Assembly (NCBI GenBank): GCA_000320545.1
Contig: ADNK01001883.1
Location: forward strand, 42,036 to 106,035
Origin: Bigelowiella natans CCMP2755
Taxonomy: Eukaryota > Protista > Cercozoa
Length of the DNA stretch: 64,000 nucleotides
Direction of reading: 5' to 3'
Below are positions 12,842 to 25,568 of this stretch, one piece after another; position 1 is the stretch's first letter; every line of letters begins with the position of its first letter. A program made the position numbers and the translations under genes. The notes beneath the pieces are model-generated. The model saw only the letters and a program-made list of their open reading frames with translations, did not search any database and was not told where the DNA came from.

Positions 12842-13648
12842 GGGGGGGGGGGTTTAAAGATACATGCTTAGCAGCGGTGATAATACAGCGACAGTGAATG
12901 TGCATTTTAAAACGGGTTGTTAAGTAAATATCTGTGTATGCGAGCATGTAGTTCGGTGCTGCTCTCTTGTTCTTTCAACGCTTGGGTCATCGTCTTCTTT
13001 CGCACTCACACATCGGGATTGAGTGGCGGGTGGGAAATCGTCCTGAGCCTTTGCAGCAGCTCTGCGCGCATCCGATGATAGTGCTGTTGACGTTTGAACG
13101 GGAGGGGCTCCAAGGCAAGGGAGGCCGAATATGATTGTGACGATGATGCTGACCCCCTGGAAGAGGGGTGATGATTGCTGTAGTGTTTGGTGCTGTCATT
13201 ATCAGCTTCGGCTATTTCCGGCGGCGAGAATTTAGATAGGTTCAGTAGGTCTAATAAGAATGAGTCATCACCACGAAGACAACAGCAACATTGACCGTCA
13301 AGGGCACTCCGGGTAAAGAAGAGGGGCTGGGGTGTGAAGATGTTGTTGATCATAAGAATACCAGCATATCTGCGGGAATATGAACTATGTGTGTGTGTGT
13401 GTGTGTGTGCTGACAGAAGTGAGTCGGAGGATATTGCGATGACGCCCCTGTCGTTGAGAGAGAGGCAGGTGATGATGACTGTTGTTGCTGTGGAGACGCT
13501 CCGCGTACTGTCGGTGCCGATCGTATAACCCTCCCCTCAGCATGTGCGCTTGTGTACATAACCTCACCGCCCACCTAACAAACAGACAAGAACGCACAAA
13601 TCATCATATGGTGCTTGCTCTCCCTTGTATCATCATCATCATAATCAT

Positions 13649-13682
<34 letters not shown>

Positions 13683-16438
13683 GTAATTGTTTTCCTCAAT
13701 CTTCTTCATGTTCTTAATTAATACTCGGATGATTTGAGAATATCTAAATGTGTGAGTGTGTGCATGTGTGTGTGTGTGTGTGGTCTTATTGCAACTACTT
13801 TGCGCTTTCTCAGGTGCAAATACTTCGCAGCTACCCTGAGAAATTAGTAAACAAACCACAGATATTGTCGTCTCAGCACTCGGCGAAAACCTCGTCTACT
13901 ACCGCTGGCAATGATGATCACTACCACGATATCAAATACGCATAGGAGATGCAATGCAGTCTGTGACGAAACCCGCTGATGATGCAATATATGCTACCTG
14001 AGATGTTTGCAGAGAGTGAATCGAGCAGCAGCGAAGGAATCCGTTGTCGTCGTTCTTTTCCCGCCAATTCCGAGTTTCGGATGTGGATATTTCTTCGTTG
14101 GTAGCAACAACGACATCGGTTTCCGAGCCCTTCTCCCCCCCCCAATACAATCCCGTCCGACCTTCCTCCGACCGTATATAACCTCGCTGGTTTGCCCTGG
14201 CAGAGTGGGATAGAAGGCCATTCCTATTGGGTCATATCACATCACCATCATCATCGTCGCCGTCGTCATCATTGTTATATAAGCATTAGCAGCACCACCA
14301 GCCAGAAATATATACGACATAAACAAATATTTATACACATGTGTAATTACTATGTCCCCGGTATTCGATAATGTGCATCAGCTTCACCCACACTGGCAGC
14401 CTGTTATCCAAGAATACCTAGGGAAAAACAGTCCGTATGCATGCGTGCGAAGAACGTGTTTCCGTTCCCTTTTCTTTGAGCGTCCTTCTCTCACACCTCA
14501 TCTCTCTCCTCTCCCTCTCTTCCTCTCCCTCCTCTGTCTTTGCCCATATCATCAATCAATTAATCCCGTGCGCTTGTTGCTGTGCTGCTCACTGACATCA
14601 AGATAAGCGCTGGAGCCCTTCATATCTCTTGCCATCGCTTTAGCCGCTAGGTCCACATCTGCAGCATCTCCACCGTATTTGTAGTAGTAAAAGTAGGAAG
14701 GAGAGGAAGAGGAGGAGGAGGAGGAGGAGGAGGAGGAGGAGGGCCGAGCACATCCAGCTATGTTTCCCCCTTCCAGACGCTTTCTCTTACCGTTACTGAT
14801 GAGCTTGCGTGTGTCAGCAGCGGCCTCGAAAGTTAGGCCTCCGCACCGCACTATGTGCAATCGACGATGACATCGGTCGTTAACATCGTGTCATCACATA
14901 GGAGGAGGAGGAGGAGTTACCTTTGAAGGCGGTCCCACAGTTTAGACTTCTCCTTTTCTCAATTCCGCCTGCACTCAGGGAGCGACGGAGTCCTCCTCCT
15001 CCTCCTCCTCCTGTTGTTGTTGTTGTTTATTGTAGTTATTGTTGTTGTAGGAGAGAACGACTGAAGAGACAGGTGGTAGCTAAAACCGAAAGATCTCCTG
15101 TTCTAATCAAATGAAAAGGGGAAAGCGATGTTCCGCAATGCACAGCTCCATGTGAGAAAACAACGACCTACTCTACGTTACTTCACCTCTGTAAGTATCA
15201 TTCATACTGCTCAATCGATCCGATAAGAATTGCTTTCTCCCTCCTTTACCACTGTCACCGCCGATCACGTCGCCAGAGCTGAGGCTTCTTCTCTCCGTTA
15301 AAGCGCCTCTCGACCACCGCACACGCCGATGCTTTCCCTTTCTTCTCGGTGGATGATGGTGATGATGATTGGTAACGCTAGCGGCAGCGGCCGGAAGCTT
15401 CCTCAAACTGGCTTTCTTATTTTCCTTCTTAGTCTTAGTGTTATTATTGGTGCTCGCTTTGTCCCCCGTCCTCCTTTTCATTTTTTTCTTGCTGTCCCTG
15501 ACCGGAGGGAGCTTACCATATCGCTTTGCATCCTCATTTGCCTTTCTGTTCCTGCTTTGTTTTCGTCTACCTTTCCTGCGCTTCCTCTCCTTTTTATCCG
15601 CACGAGGGGGCGGCACAGTGGAATTGGCTTCGGTACTGCTGCTACTACTGCTGTCATCATAATCGTCGAAGCCATCGTCGATTTCATCAGCGAATGGCAT
15701 CCGCCAGAGGGTGTGCCGGCTGTCCACAATGCGGCTTGCAAGCTCACCGCCAAAGCTTCCCTAGAAAACGAACGTCATCATTTGCTGGGAAACATGAGGT
15801 GGGATGGTGAACTTGAAAAAGATGCGAAAACTACCATGTCTCCGTACAGGTCAAGCAGTTCGGAGATGTTATCGTGAGGATTGCCGGTGCTTCTTCCCAG
15901 GAAGCGCTGCTCAAATCCCTGTGCCCACTTGCACTTGCTGTAAAAGCTTTCCTTCCATTCAGCCCTATCCTCGACGAACGTTTTCCCACCAGAAAGCTTC
16001 TATTGCCATGTGATTAAGATTATCGTTAACAATATGGGCATAGCGTTCGCAGAAACCAAACATCATGCGCTGATGCCTACCTTCTTCTCGTCCTTGACCA
16101 AATGCTTTTTTTCTCGTGTTTTCACTGGGAGTTGGAGGAAGGAGCAATGTAAATTGGAAATTCAACATACAGTATTTTTAAATTTAGTGAGATGTGGTCT
16201 GAAATCCCTCCGCCACTCCTTCACATTTGGTTAAGTCCAACCCCATTTTTTCTAACAGTTACAAATTCGAATATTTTTGAATGTTTCGACTCAGTGAGGG
16301 ACCTTCACGCTCCTCCCCTTCACCCTGTTCATCGATGGGGCATGAACTGTCCTTCATGTCTTCTCCGTTATCCTTCCCCTGCCCCTCCTCCCCTTCATCA
16401 GAAGCTGGGGGAGGCACGCTTGAGGCACCACACCCCAT
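6277..16438 (-). CDS. Large multi-exon protein: N-terminal dual-acylation motif, Clu (clustered-mitochondria-type) domain, C-terminal leucine-rich repeats
   Basis: Starts MGCGASS at 16438. Clu-type motifs: YGGDAADVDLAAKAMARDMKG (~14600-14680), VKLMHIIEYRGH (~14360-14400), EVIYGR (~14170), AELHRFGLPVRFLGRV..ELLLRALKRMLRRRLR (~12100-12250). Many LxxLxLxxNxL repeats lie in exons between ~9650 and 6277, with the stop at 6277. Canonical splice sites link the blocks, but single-gene status is inferred. Confidence 0.7.
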
Positions 16439-16697
16439 CCTTCCACAGAGGAGGGGAGAAATGTGAAAAGCAGAAAAATATATCACTAAAACATCGTAAT
16501 ATCGTTGTCGCAGGTATGAAATCGCATGCTAATCGCTACGATAGCATTCGGAAGTTCCACCAGCTGGGTTTTTGTCCTGGAAACTACTGAACAGACACTT
16601 CTGTTTGATAACATCTGAAAATACAGGCAAATTCTATATCGCGACTTGAAAATATCTTATTCTTTTATTCTTCTTACGAGTACGAGCGTAAAGATGG

Positions 16698-17399
16698 ATG
16701 ATGGCTGACGAATTGCCTCGTCGGTCGGGGCCTGCTGCCCCTTCCTCATCATGGCCAAACACCCCCGTGGCTGTGGTGCGGAATATTACGTTGTACACCG
16801 ATGTGCTGACCATAATAAAGCTCACCCAAACGTGCACAAAGTTCGCCAATGCCCTAAGTGAGGCGTTCTGGAGGGACATCTTCGTTACGAAGTAAGGCCT
16901 GATCAACTTGATGTGTGGAGGGATACACGTATTCCTTGCCTTTCGTTCATCCACTCGTTTCGATAATGTATGATGCTGTTTTCACTCTGCGATTATTGAT
17001 GTTGTTTGTAGGTGGGGGCATAGGTACCGCACGGATCTGATGCGCCCTTTGGAACTTCCAAGCAGCACTCCAAGCAAGATGGCATGGTACGTACGACCCA
17101 ATCACCCAAGCAAAGATATGGCTCTTTTTTTTGGGTTTGAAATTCGACGGTTGTATATGAGCTCATGGGAAGGACGGTATCTAAAGATGAACATTGCATA
17201 ATTTGTTGGTTGGTTTTGCAATGATGTGTTAATAACTCCGAAAAGGATAACGAAGAGAATCCGAAGATGTATCTCCACATTCATAAACCTGCCTCCTTGC
17301 TCCTACCCACATCCTTTGCGACATCGGTATGACCAGCAAGCAACAGCATCACCTTTCTTTGCAAAATGAATTGAAATTTAAAATATTAACATTACTGAA

Positions 17400-17441
<42 letters not shown>

Positions 17442-18029
17442 CGCGCGAAATGGAGATGTAAACACAAACTACATATACAGGCCCATCGCACATGCCTCCA
17501 CGAAACCAGTGTGGCGGCTAGCATGCGTGTTGAAGGGTCGTTCGGAAGCTCTCAGAGCGAGGGGAAAGATTGCATCAACTACGAGACGTCATGGAGTGCG
17601 AAATCACAGCAGGAGGAGTAGCAGTGAACACGAGGCTGCTCCCCGATTGTCATCATTCTCATCACCATCATCATCATCATCGTCATCTTCTTCTTCTTCA
17701 TCATCATTATCAAGACCGTCAGCTTCGTCGCCTTTTGATCTTCGGCAGTGTTGTGTGTGCAACCAACTGGAGCTCCTGACTTACGGCCAGATGGAGAGGG
17801 AGAGACATCCCGATACGCTTCGCCACTCCGACAGTGAGTATTTAGCCCTGGACAACCTAGTCCATGAAGGAGATGAGAACTAGATCAGAAGAAGAAGAAG
17901 AAGAAGAAAAAGGATAAGAAAAGGGCGGGTCAAAAGTCGCCACTTTGTTGCAAATGCAAATTTCATCTGGCATCGCGAAGTCACTCGCTTCTCTATTCCA
18001 CTTGTTTCTACTAATTACTACTACTACTC

Positions 18030-18065
<36 letters not shown>

Positions 18066-20479
18066 TATTTTGAAGGCCGCTGGATCAGCCCTTGTTCCTG
18101 TGGGACCTTCTGTCATAGTAAGATTCCCTCCCTTATTATCGATCTCCCCCCCCCCCCCTTACACTTTCACCTGACCGCTGCCGTCGTTATTATTATTATT
18201 ATCTTTAGGGCAATGTTTCGAGGATCTATGGGCTGCTAAGACGGGCCTTCCCTTGTCGTGCAGTGTTACAGCAACTACAGTGGATGGTAAGGTTTCTACT
18301 TCAATGTCGCGACGTGTTCGATGTACCCGGTGCAATAGTCCTTATGCGCTGAGAAAACGGTAATGCTCTCTTCCCCGTCGCATCATCACCGATCAGCAGC
18401 AGTAGCCACAACACCATCACCAACATTGTTGTGGGAGTCATTATCTTCGCACATCGCCATCATCGTTACTGCTTGAAAGGAGGAGTTTTCTCACCCCCAT
18501 CAAACACATGCGACCGTCTTCACGTCATACTTGCGAGAGCCCCGCAGCTCATTGTTGCTAACTGCTGCTTTCAGGAAAACACACCATCACTTTGAGCTCG
18601 CTTCCATTGCGCTCAAGAAGTTTCGGCAACACGGGGTGTGTATAGAAACTCTTGCGTCATCATCGCTTTATTTTTCGACTTTCCCGACCCCTCTCTTTTT
18701 GTGGTTGATTTATTATGACATGTTCCACGCTCGGTCATCTCGGTCATCTACTCACACGACGACGTTTGATAACGGATGTGATGCAGCTGCCCCGGTTACT
18801 CGCGAAACACGCCCTGCGCTTTCTTGCAGTGTTCGTCGTGTTTTCTGCCTACCAAAATCTGCAGTTTGAGGGCAAGACAATGGTTTGTTATCATGACAGC
18901 GACAGTGTAGTAGGAAGTGTGAAGGGCACTCCAACATGTGGCGATAGCAGCAGCAGTACCACTGGCATTGACGACCTTGCTGCCGACGCCACAGTCACAT
19001 ACGAGACTTCGGTTTCTCTCCGGTATGATGATGATGATGATGATGATAATGACAATGATGAGAACTGCATTCTAATTTTGGTAGTGGATGTTGTTGGTGT
19101 TAACTGAACGCATGCGATTGCATGCGAAAGCAGAGAGGGGAGGGTTTGGGGGGGGGGGGGGGACTAGGACGAAGAATTCGCCTGAGCGATTCACACAGCG
19201 TATACAAGCACAGATGCATGCAGATGAATGTATTCGCTCCGCAAAACGTTCCCCAATATAGAGAAGCTCTCTCCTGGCGAGTTTTTTTTCCTCCACTGCT
19301 ACCACAAAGAGCATGTCTATTTATTAATTTTAACAATCAAATTACCTCTGTTTTTCTAGGCTTCGATCGCCGCTGGAGTACCCTACGCCACTGTCGCTGT
19401 ACTTCTGCCTGACCTACGAACAACTGCTCTGTATCTTCTTGTCTTTGCGCTTCCAGACCGCCGTCATGAGGATGTTCCCCGGGCCTTTGTACAAGTAAGT
19501 AGCCTTGCTGCAGTACTCATGATCTCATGGCTCTTTTTCTCATCAAAATAAGGCATTTTTCCGTCATTGTCGTCAGGGTCTTGACGCGTTTCTCGTGCTT
19601 AATGTCGTTCTTTTCTCATTCATAACTTGTTTCTCTTCTCCTTCCGATCCCCTTCTCCTATGCTACTGCGACATTCAGGAGATATCTGCAATTTTATGGC
19701 TCTATGCTGTTGTCATTCCTCGTTTACGTCTTCACTTACTCGCCGAACCCGTTTATCGAGCACTCTAGTTTGCCGTTCATGTTTCGCATCTTCTCCCATA
19801 TCAGCACTGCCTGGTGGTTTCTCGCAGCGACTGCAATCATGTAATAACAACACGCATTTGCACGCACGAAGAGGCATCATCTTCATACCGAATAGATGTC
19901 CAACACGATCGTTCGCCGTGTCGAGGGGACATATCTCGCATCATCGGTGCTTTCAGAATGAGACTAGAAAAAAGGAGTGATGAGCGCTGTTGTGATTATT
20001 GCAGAGGCATATTCTGGGTTAGCTCACAGCTTGCTGATACGCCGGCCGACAGGAGGGTCTTGGCGGTGATATGATGATTTATAAGATTAGTATTTGTATT
20101 AGATTAGTATTTGTATTAGTAGTTCGCATGCGTGTGTATTAAGAACGGTTTGATGATGATGTTGGCGATGACGGCGTGGCTTTGTGGTGATGATGAGGAA
20201 ACGCGTTCAAACGGGTATCCTCTGGGTTATTGGTTGGTATGAAGTGGCAGTGGTGGTGGTGATGATGATGATGATGATGTGGTGGTGATAGGGATGGATA
20301 ATGGCTAGTGGGTGGATCTCAAATGCGAGTGCGATTGGGAACTTGTATGCATGATACTTTCTTAGTTTCTCTTATTCTCTCTCTCTCTCTCTCTCTCTAT
20401 CTGCATATGTGTCTACCCGCTGGTATGTAGAGGAATATTTTGCAGCACTCGGGACGGTCTTGTCGGATGTGTGCCATAG
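16698..20479 (+). CDS. F-box + RING-CH (RINGv/MARCH-type) + C-terminal transmembrane protein, multi-exon
   Basis: Exon 1 TPVAVVRNITLYTDVLTIIKLTQTCTKFANALSEAFWRDIF is F-box-like. Spliced CCVC...WISPCSCGTFCHRQCFEDLW...CTRC gives a C4HC3 pattern. Hydrophobic exons follow (FLAVFVVFSAY; FYGSMLLSFLVYVF; ISTAWWFLAATAIIGIF). The probable stop is at 20477-20479; the 3' end is tentative. Confidence 0.7.
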
Positions 20480-21368
20480 GGTTGTGCGTCCACAATAGCT
20501 GATGATCATGCACCACTGCTGCAAAAGAGCCATTCTGTGGTCAAGCAGCAGAGAGCGCGCACCGAATCATCAGGATTTGAGGATCCAGCTTAGTATCTGC
20601 ATAGGCATGCTGTTGAATGATGTACACCGTCGGTTGAGGACGATGACAGAAGATAGGCAAAATGAGCGTCGAACAGGGGGGATGAAATTGGATGCGATCA
20701 GATGCCGACGACAAGCAGAATCAGTCGAAGAAAAGCAGATGGGACGGAAGAGGAGTCATAGCTACGTGGCAAAGCTCGTTGCTTGGGGAATAATAGTAGT
20801 AGCATTGCGCGTTTTTGCGCGGCGAATGTTATCAGCAGAACAATTGCCTGACAAATTGCATTGGTTGCCCTCGAATCGAAGGTTAATACAGTCTCACTTG
20901 TGCGTGTACACGACACAATGTGAAGCAATACGCAGCACAAATGGAGTGAATGCCGGCCTTTATTGCGCTGTGCAACGCTTGAGACGGTTGCAAGTTCAAC
21001 GCTGGTCGCCACTCATGTGCAACAAAGAGTCACAGTTGAGCTTCCATGGCTAGCAGTCAGGTGCGCAACTGCACACTCAATCCAATGCGGTGTCATCAAA
21101 GTTTTGCTCAACACATCAAGATAAGAGCTTCATGCTGCCATTACAGTCTATGGCAGTGCCACGTGTCACACCATAACCATTGTGGAGAGAATGGGAAAGC
21201 GCTTATTCGCATCATGTATTTGCGGCGCGTGCATTTATTATTAAGTGGCATTCAAAACTGGAGTAGTGTACATAAACACACACACACACGCGCGCGCGCG
21301 CACACACATCTAGACATTACGTCTGCACCATGATCATCATGCACAACACTGTGAACACAATGTTGTCA

Positions 21369-21412
<44 letters not shown>

Positions 21413-21551
21413 TGTGATCGATGCCTGGCCAGTGATGTTTTATGATGGACAACGTAATATAATGTATGCTATATACACCAAACAGATTGCGACACCTTCA
21501 GCGTATATATATATATATATATGCTATATGTTATATTTATAATAGACAACG

Positions 21552-21595
<44 letters not shown>

Positions 21596-21924
21596 TTACT
21601 TTGTCTATAATTTTTGTTCATGGCATCGTTGCTCGCGTGCACATGCATGCATACTTGGACGCAAACGCACATGCCAGCCTTCGCAAGGCAGTCAAAATGT
21701 AGTGGTAGTGAAGGCACATCATCTAGTCATGGCTGCATCACATGTGGTTCAAATCAAGAATACAAGGATTGGTTTGCTATTGAACAAGAAACAAACGCTG
21801 ATGACAAAACAACTAATCTTTGGCGTTTTTATTCCAGCAAATTGAAAATTCATGTTTTGCATTTGAGGATGATTCACATTTTTTCAGTCATACAATTTTT
21901 CAGTCATCGCTCTGTTCAAGGGCT

Positions 21925-23697
21925 TCAGTTTCCCCGGACCTTTCTCCACAGATTTCCGATCATTTGCATCTTGAGAGAGTTAATGTCACCCTTCGACACC
22001 CCTGGGTTTTCTTCCGTGATCTTGGGCATCAGCGCTGGGCCTACGAACTTGACAAACATTGCATAGTCGCCGGCTCGGCAGATCTTCCACAACTGCTCGA
22101 TTCGAATATTTACGAGGACATTTAGTTGAACATTCGACGACATTGGGTTTTCGAGCTGCATCTGTTCTTTCACAGCTGATCTGAGGTGCTTAGAAAAGTC
22201 CTCATGCTTCCAGCCACGCTCCCCAGACATCTCCGGTCTCTGTTCTCCTTCGTCACTGTCCATAGGCTGTGTCTTAACGTTGAGAGCTTTCACCTTTCCG
22301 CGACTGTGGATGTAGGAGACTTGCACGGTGTCGCCTTTAATTGGATGCGCGATTTCACAACACTCCCTCTCGAAGTAAATGTCCTTCTGCTCTGTCTTGA
22401 CGAAGATGAAACCGTATTCTTGCCCAACACTCTTGATTTTTCCTGTCTTGGTAAGAATCTTTTGCATCCCTAGGACTCTGCAAAATTCATCCCCTGCGTA
22501 CTCATCTACTGCGTACTCCACATTAACAATGTCTCCGATTGCTGGGTTTGCGTAGTCGCACTTGTTGATGGAGCAATTTGTAAGATCCCTGTCCTTGACA
22601 CCTTCGTCTTTGAAAAGAATAAGGGTGACCTCGCCATTCTGTACGTTCTTAATTCTTCCGACAGTCGTTTTGTGAAAGGTTTTGTTCTTTGCATGTCTTT
22701 CTGGCGACCTGTTCGGAGACGATCGAGCAGAATTTACCCTGCGGGGAGAGACGCTGGAATGACGGGTCTTAGTTGGAGAGACATTGGTACTTACTGATAC
22801 AGCCGACAATTTTCCTTGTGCAACGATCTTAGCTTGCATGTTCACTTGATCGTAGAGCTTCGCATCCGGGATCATCGCCATCTTGTAGTAGATATTGACA
22901 TCCGCCATGATCTTTCCACAGCCACGAGAGTTGACGAACTCGACCACCCCCTCAGAGTATGTCTTCCCTTGGAGACGCTCTTCCTTCAACGCAACGATGT
23001 GCTCGGTGAACAGTTTACCGTAAGAATCAATGTTGAAGTCAACGTACACCACCATGCCAGTTGTGAGCTTTTGCTTAAATTTAGCTGGACGCACATCGGC
23101 GGATTTGAGATTAAAACCAACGGGCATCTTGGCTGCGATGAAACCATATCCTTTGGGCTCTGAGATCCTGACAATTCGTCCTTTAGTGTTGATGCAAAAA
23201 TTAGCGCACTTAAATTCCCTTTTAGAGCGCTCTGTGCCCGGAACAAATTGGCCTGGAGCTGGATAAACTTTGGATCCAGCAGGAAACCCATTTTCTTTAG
23301 CGCTGCTTTGGCTCAAACCTGCTCGAGCAGCAGTTTTAGGATCTCTTCTCACTTCGCAAGCTTTGAAGTCATACTTCCCCCCGTTGGTGTACTTGTGATA
23401 ACGAACAATCACGGCATCACCAACATCCAGTAGTGGGTCATGTTGAATGTGTCCCCTGAGGAAGTAAACTGTATCTGATTTGCCGATATCAATCTCACCT
23501 CCCCTTTTCCCTGTGATCTTTATGGTACCCTGTGCGGTATAAAGATTTTTCGACTTCTTCCAGCCTTTGATTAGATATTGAGGATATTCACAGGGATTCT
23601 TAGACTCCTGTCGAATAACTTGCTTTGGTTTGGGATTCTGGCGCCCATGTGAAAAAATTTTATTGAGAGTAGAAAAGCCTAGCCACTCTAAAGTCAT
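21925..23697 (-). CDS. Intronless protein with multiple cold-shock/OB-fold domains (UNR/CSDE1-like architecture)
   Basis: 590-aa ORF with repeated CSD signatures: KGRIVRISEPKGYGFI, EGVVEFVNSRGCGKI, TGKIKSVGQEYGFIFVKTEQKDIYF...GDTVQVSY..RGKVKALNV. Confidence 0.8.
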   Translation of the reverse strand: MTLEWLGFSTLNKIFSHGRQNPKPKQVIRQESKNPCEYPQYLIKGWKKSKNLYTAQGTIKITGKRGGEIDIGKSDTVYFLRGHIQHDPLLDVGDAVIVRYHKYTNGGKYDFKACEVRRDPKTAARAGLSQSSAKENGFPAGSKVYPAPGQFVPGTERSKREFKCANFCINTKGRIVRISEPKGYGFIAAKMPVGFNLKSADVRPAKFKQKLTTGMVVYVDFNIDSYGKLFTEHIVALKEERLQGKTYSEGVVEFVNSRGCGKIMADVNIYYKMAMIPDAKLYDQVNMQAKIVAQGKLSAVSVSTNVSPTKTRHSSVSPRRVNSARSSPNRSPERHAKNKTFHKTTVGRIKNVQNGEVTLILFKDEGVKDRDLTNCSINKCDYANPAIGDIVNVEYAVDEYAGDEFCRVLGMQKILTKTGKIKSVGQEYGFIFVKTEQKDIYFERECCEIAHPIKGDTVQVSYIHSRGKVKALNVKTQPMDSDEGEQRPEMSGERGWKHEDFSKHLRSAVKEQMQLENPMSSNVQLNVLVNIRIEQLWKICRAGDYAMFVKFVGPALMPKITEENPGVSKGDINSLKMQMIGNLWRKVRGN

Positions 23698-23815
23698 GCT
23701 GGATTGTGTTAGGAACTTGTAGGATTTGTTTGTTTGCTAAAATGTGTTGCAGTAGATTTCGCAGATTCTTTGCTCAGGTTGTTGAGTTATGATTGACTCT
23801 GCTATCGGACTTTCT

Positions 23816-24054
23816 CAAACTTGCTTTTTTTTTGTCGTTTTCGGCTCCGTGCGTTCGAGAAGGACTGTAGGGGATTTTGGCCTATCGACAACATTATTAT
23901 CGCCATATTTGTATTTATTAAATCCCAAACTTGCGTTTTTTTTACTGTTTTCGGCTTCATTCGTTTTAGAAGGATCACACTGGGGATTTTGGCCTATCGA
24001 CAACATTATCATCGCCAAATTCGTATATTTTTAGAGCATAAACTTGCTTTTTTA
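23816..24054. repeat. Degenerate direct tandem repeat, period ~112 bp, ~2.1 copies
   Basis: GGGGATTTTGGCCTATCGACAACATTAT occurs at 23870 and 23982. AAACTTGC..TTTTTT occurs at ~23817, ~23927 and ~24040. Confidence 0.85.
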
Positions 24055-24550
24055 CAATTCGCAGAAATTTTCTCGTCAGAGATGCTTATCTGATCAAACC
24101 GAGGTAATCCAGGTAATCCATTGCCTGCGACAACACCAAAGTGAAGTCTTAATTGTGGATTCTCTTCTCTGATGACACCACCTGGTGATTTTGAGTCTCT
24201 CATGTTTTTGGTTTTTCCTCTGTAGATTTAGTTCCAAATTTGCGGGCATTTTACATTAGAATTGCGCGTCTTTATTTTTTTACAGGACGTTCTGCGTTTC
24301 TTACGTGTCCGTCATACTTCATCTCGTTGTAACGGAGCGTTTGTGCGAGTAATCCGGTAGTCGGTGAGCCAACTCTGTGAGACAATCACGCTGTCGAGTT
24401 CCTACGACAACCGTAAAACTGCAGCTTTATCTGGAAATGTCCTTAGGGATTCTATCTGATGCCGTCAAACTCACATTGTTGGCTACCCAATCCAGAGAGA
24501 TTCCCAGAACACATTCCAAAAAAGTCAAGCTGCCATAGCCAACGAGTTGG

Positions 24551-25457
24551 ATGGTTGTCATGCAGCCCTGCCATGCAACTGCCAGAAAAAGAACCTCAAG
24601 CCGAAATATAGCCTCGTGGATGCACTTTCTGAGCCTATTTCTTCTGATACTGCCTGACACTGTAGAAGGGCAATCTTCGGACAGCAACCAGCAAACCACC
24701 GGTGCCACGCCGCCATTCATATGCGATGCGTGGCAAACATACCTCCAACAAGTTGACAGACAAAGATTTTGCTTCTCCCAAGCCGAGAAGGGGGAAATAG
24801 GAATAGTGCCTGTGAACCGGGAGGGTGCCTCGTTCAGCATCGAATACCATGCACATCCCAGTAATGAAATGAAAACACGGGGGGGGATTAATGCATGGCA
24901 CATCATACGTCTTCATCTTTCGCTCATTATGTACGCTCTGTACACCAGGCGTTCGAATACTAGCTATGATGACGGCTATCGTGGGGGAGGAACTTATGGG
25001 GTGAATATTTTCAACAGCTTCGAGAGCTAAGCATGCTTAATTCTTTTTATGGATGTATGTAATATTTTTTCACTGCTTATTTTACGATGCATCCCACCAT
25101 CGTCATGTGTCCAGCAAAGCAATGCTTCTAGCTGCTCGTAACTATTTAGTAACTGTTTCATTGCCGGGAACAAATAGGTACAGCACCAGCTACGTTTGCG
25201 CACGGAGTGGGGTAAATGCAGCTGCTCGCATTGCCAACGGATACACAGATCTACTTCTGGAATATCAATATTCAACGCTAGAGAACGAGCTGAGGCCGTA
25301 TATTCAAGAGCAGTCTGTGATAGACGCTGGTCCAATTGGGTATACGTCTCAGGCAGCCTTCTACATCCCCGAGTACATGAAAACGTATCTGACCGGAATC
25401 AATTTTGGAAACACGCGGCTCAACTCGTACATTCAGGTAATGCCATGTAAACATGCT

Positions 25458-25494
<37 letters not shown>

Positions 25495-25516
25495 CCACGT
25501 TTGCAATATGTCATAA

Positions 25517-25568
<52 letters not shown>

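Noticed and set aside
17860-17880. Apparent non-canonical GA splice donor in the F-box/RING gene
   Set aside because: A canonical GTGAGT donor at ~17834 gives the correct phase.
20502-21053. 183-aa plus-strand ORF
   Set aside because: No recognisable motif, and it lies in the 3' UTR/convergent spacer downstream of the F-box gene, so it is likely spurious.
23816-24054. Repeat-spacer-like pattern resembling a CRISPR array
   Set aside because: There are only about two units, the intervening sequences are themselves homologous, no cas genes are present, and the context is eukaryotic.
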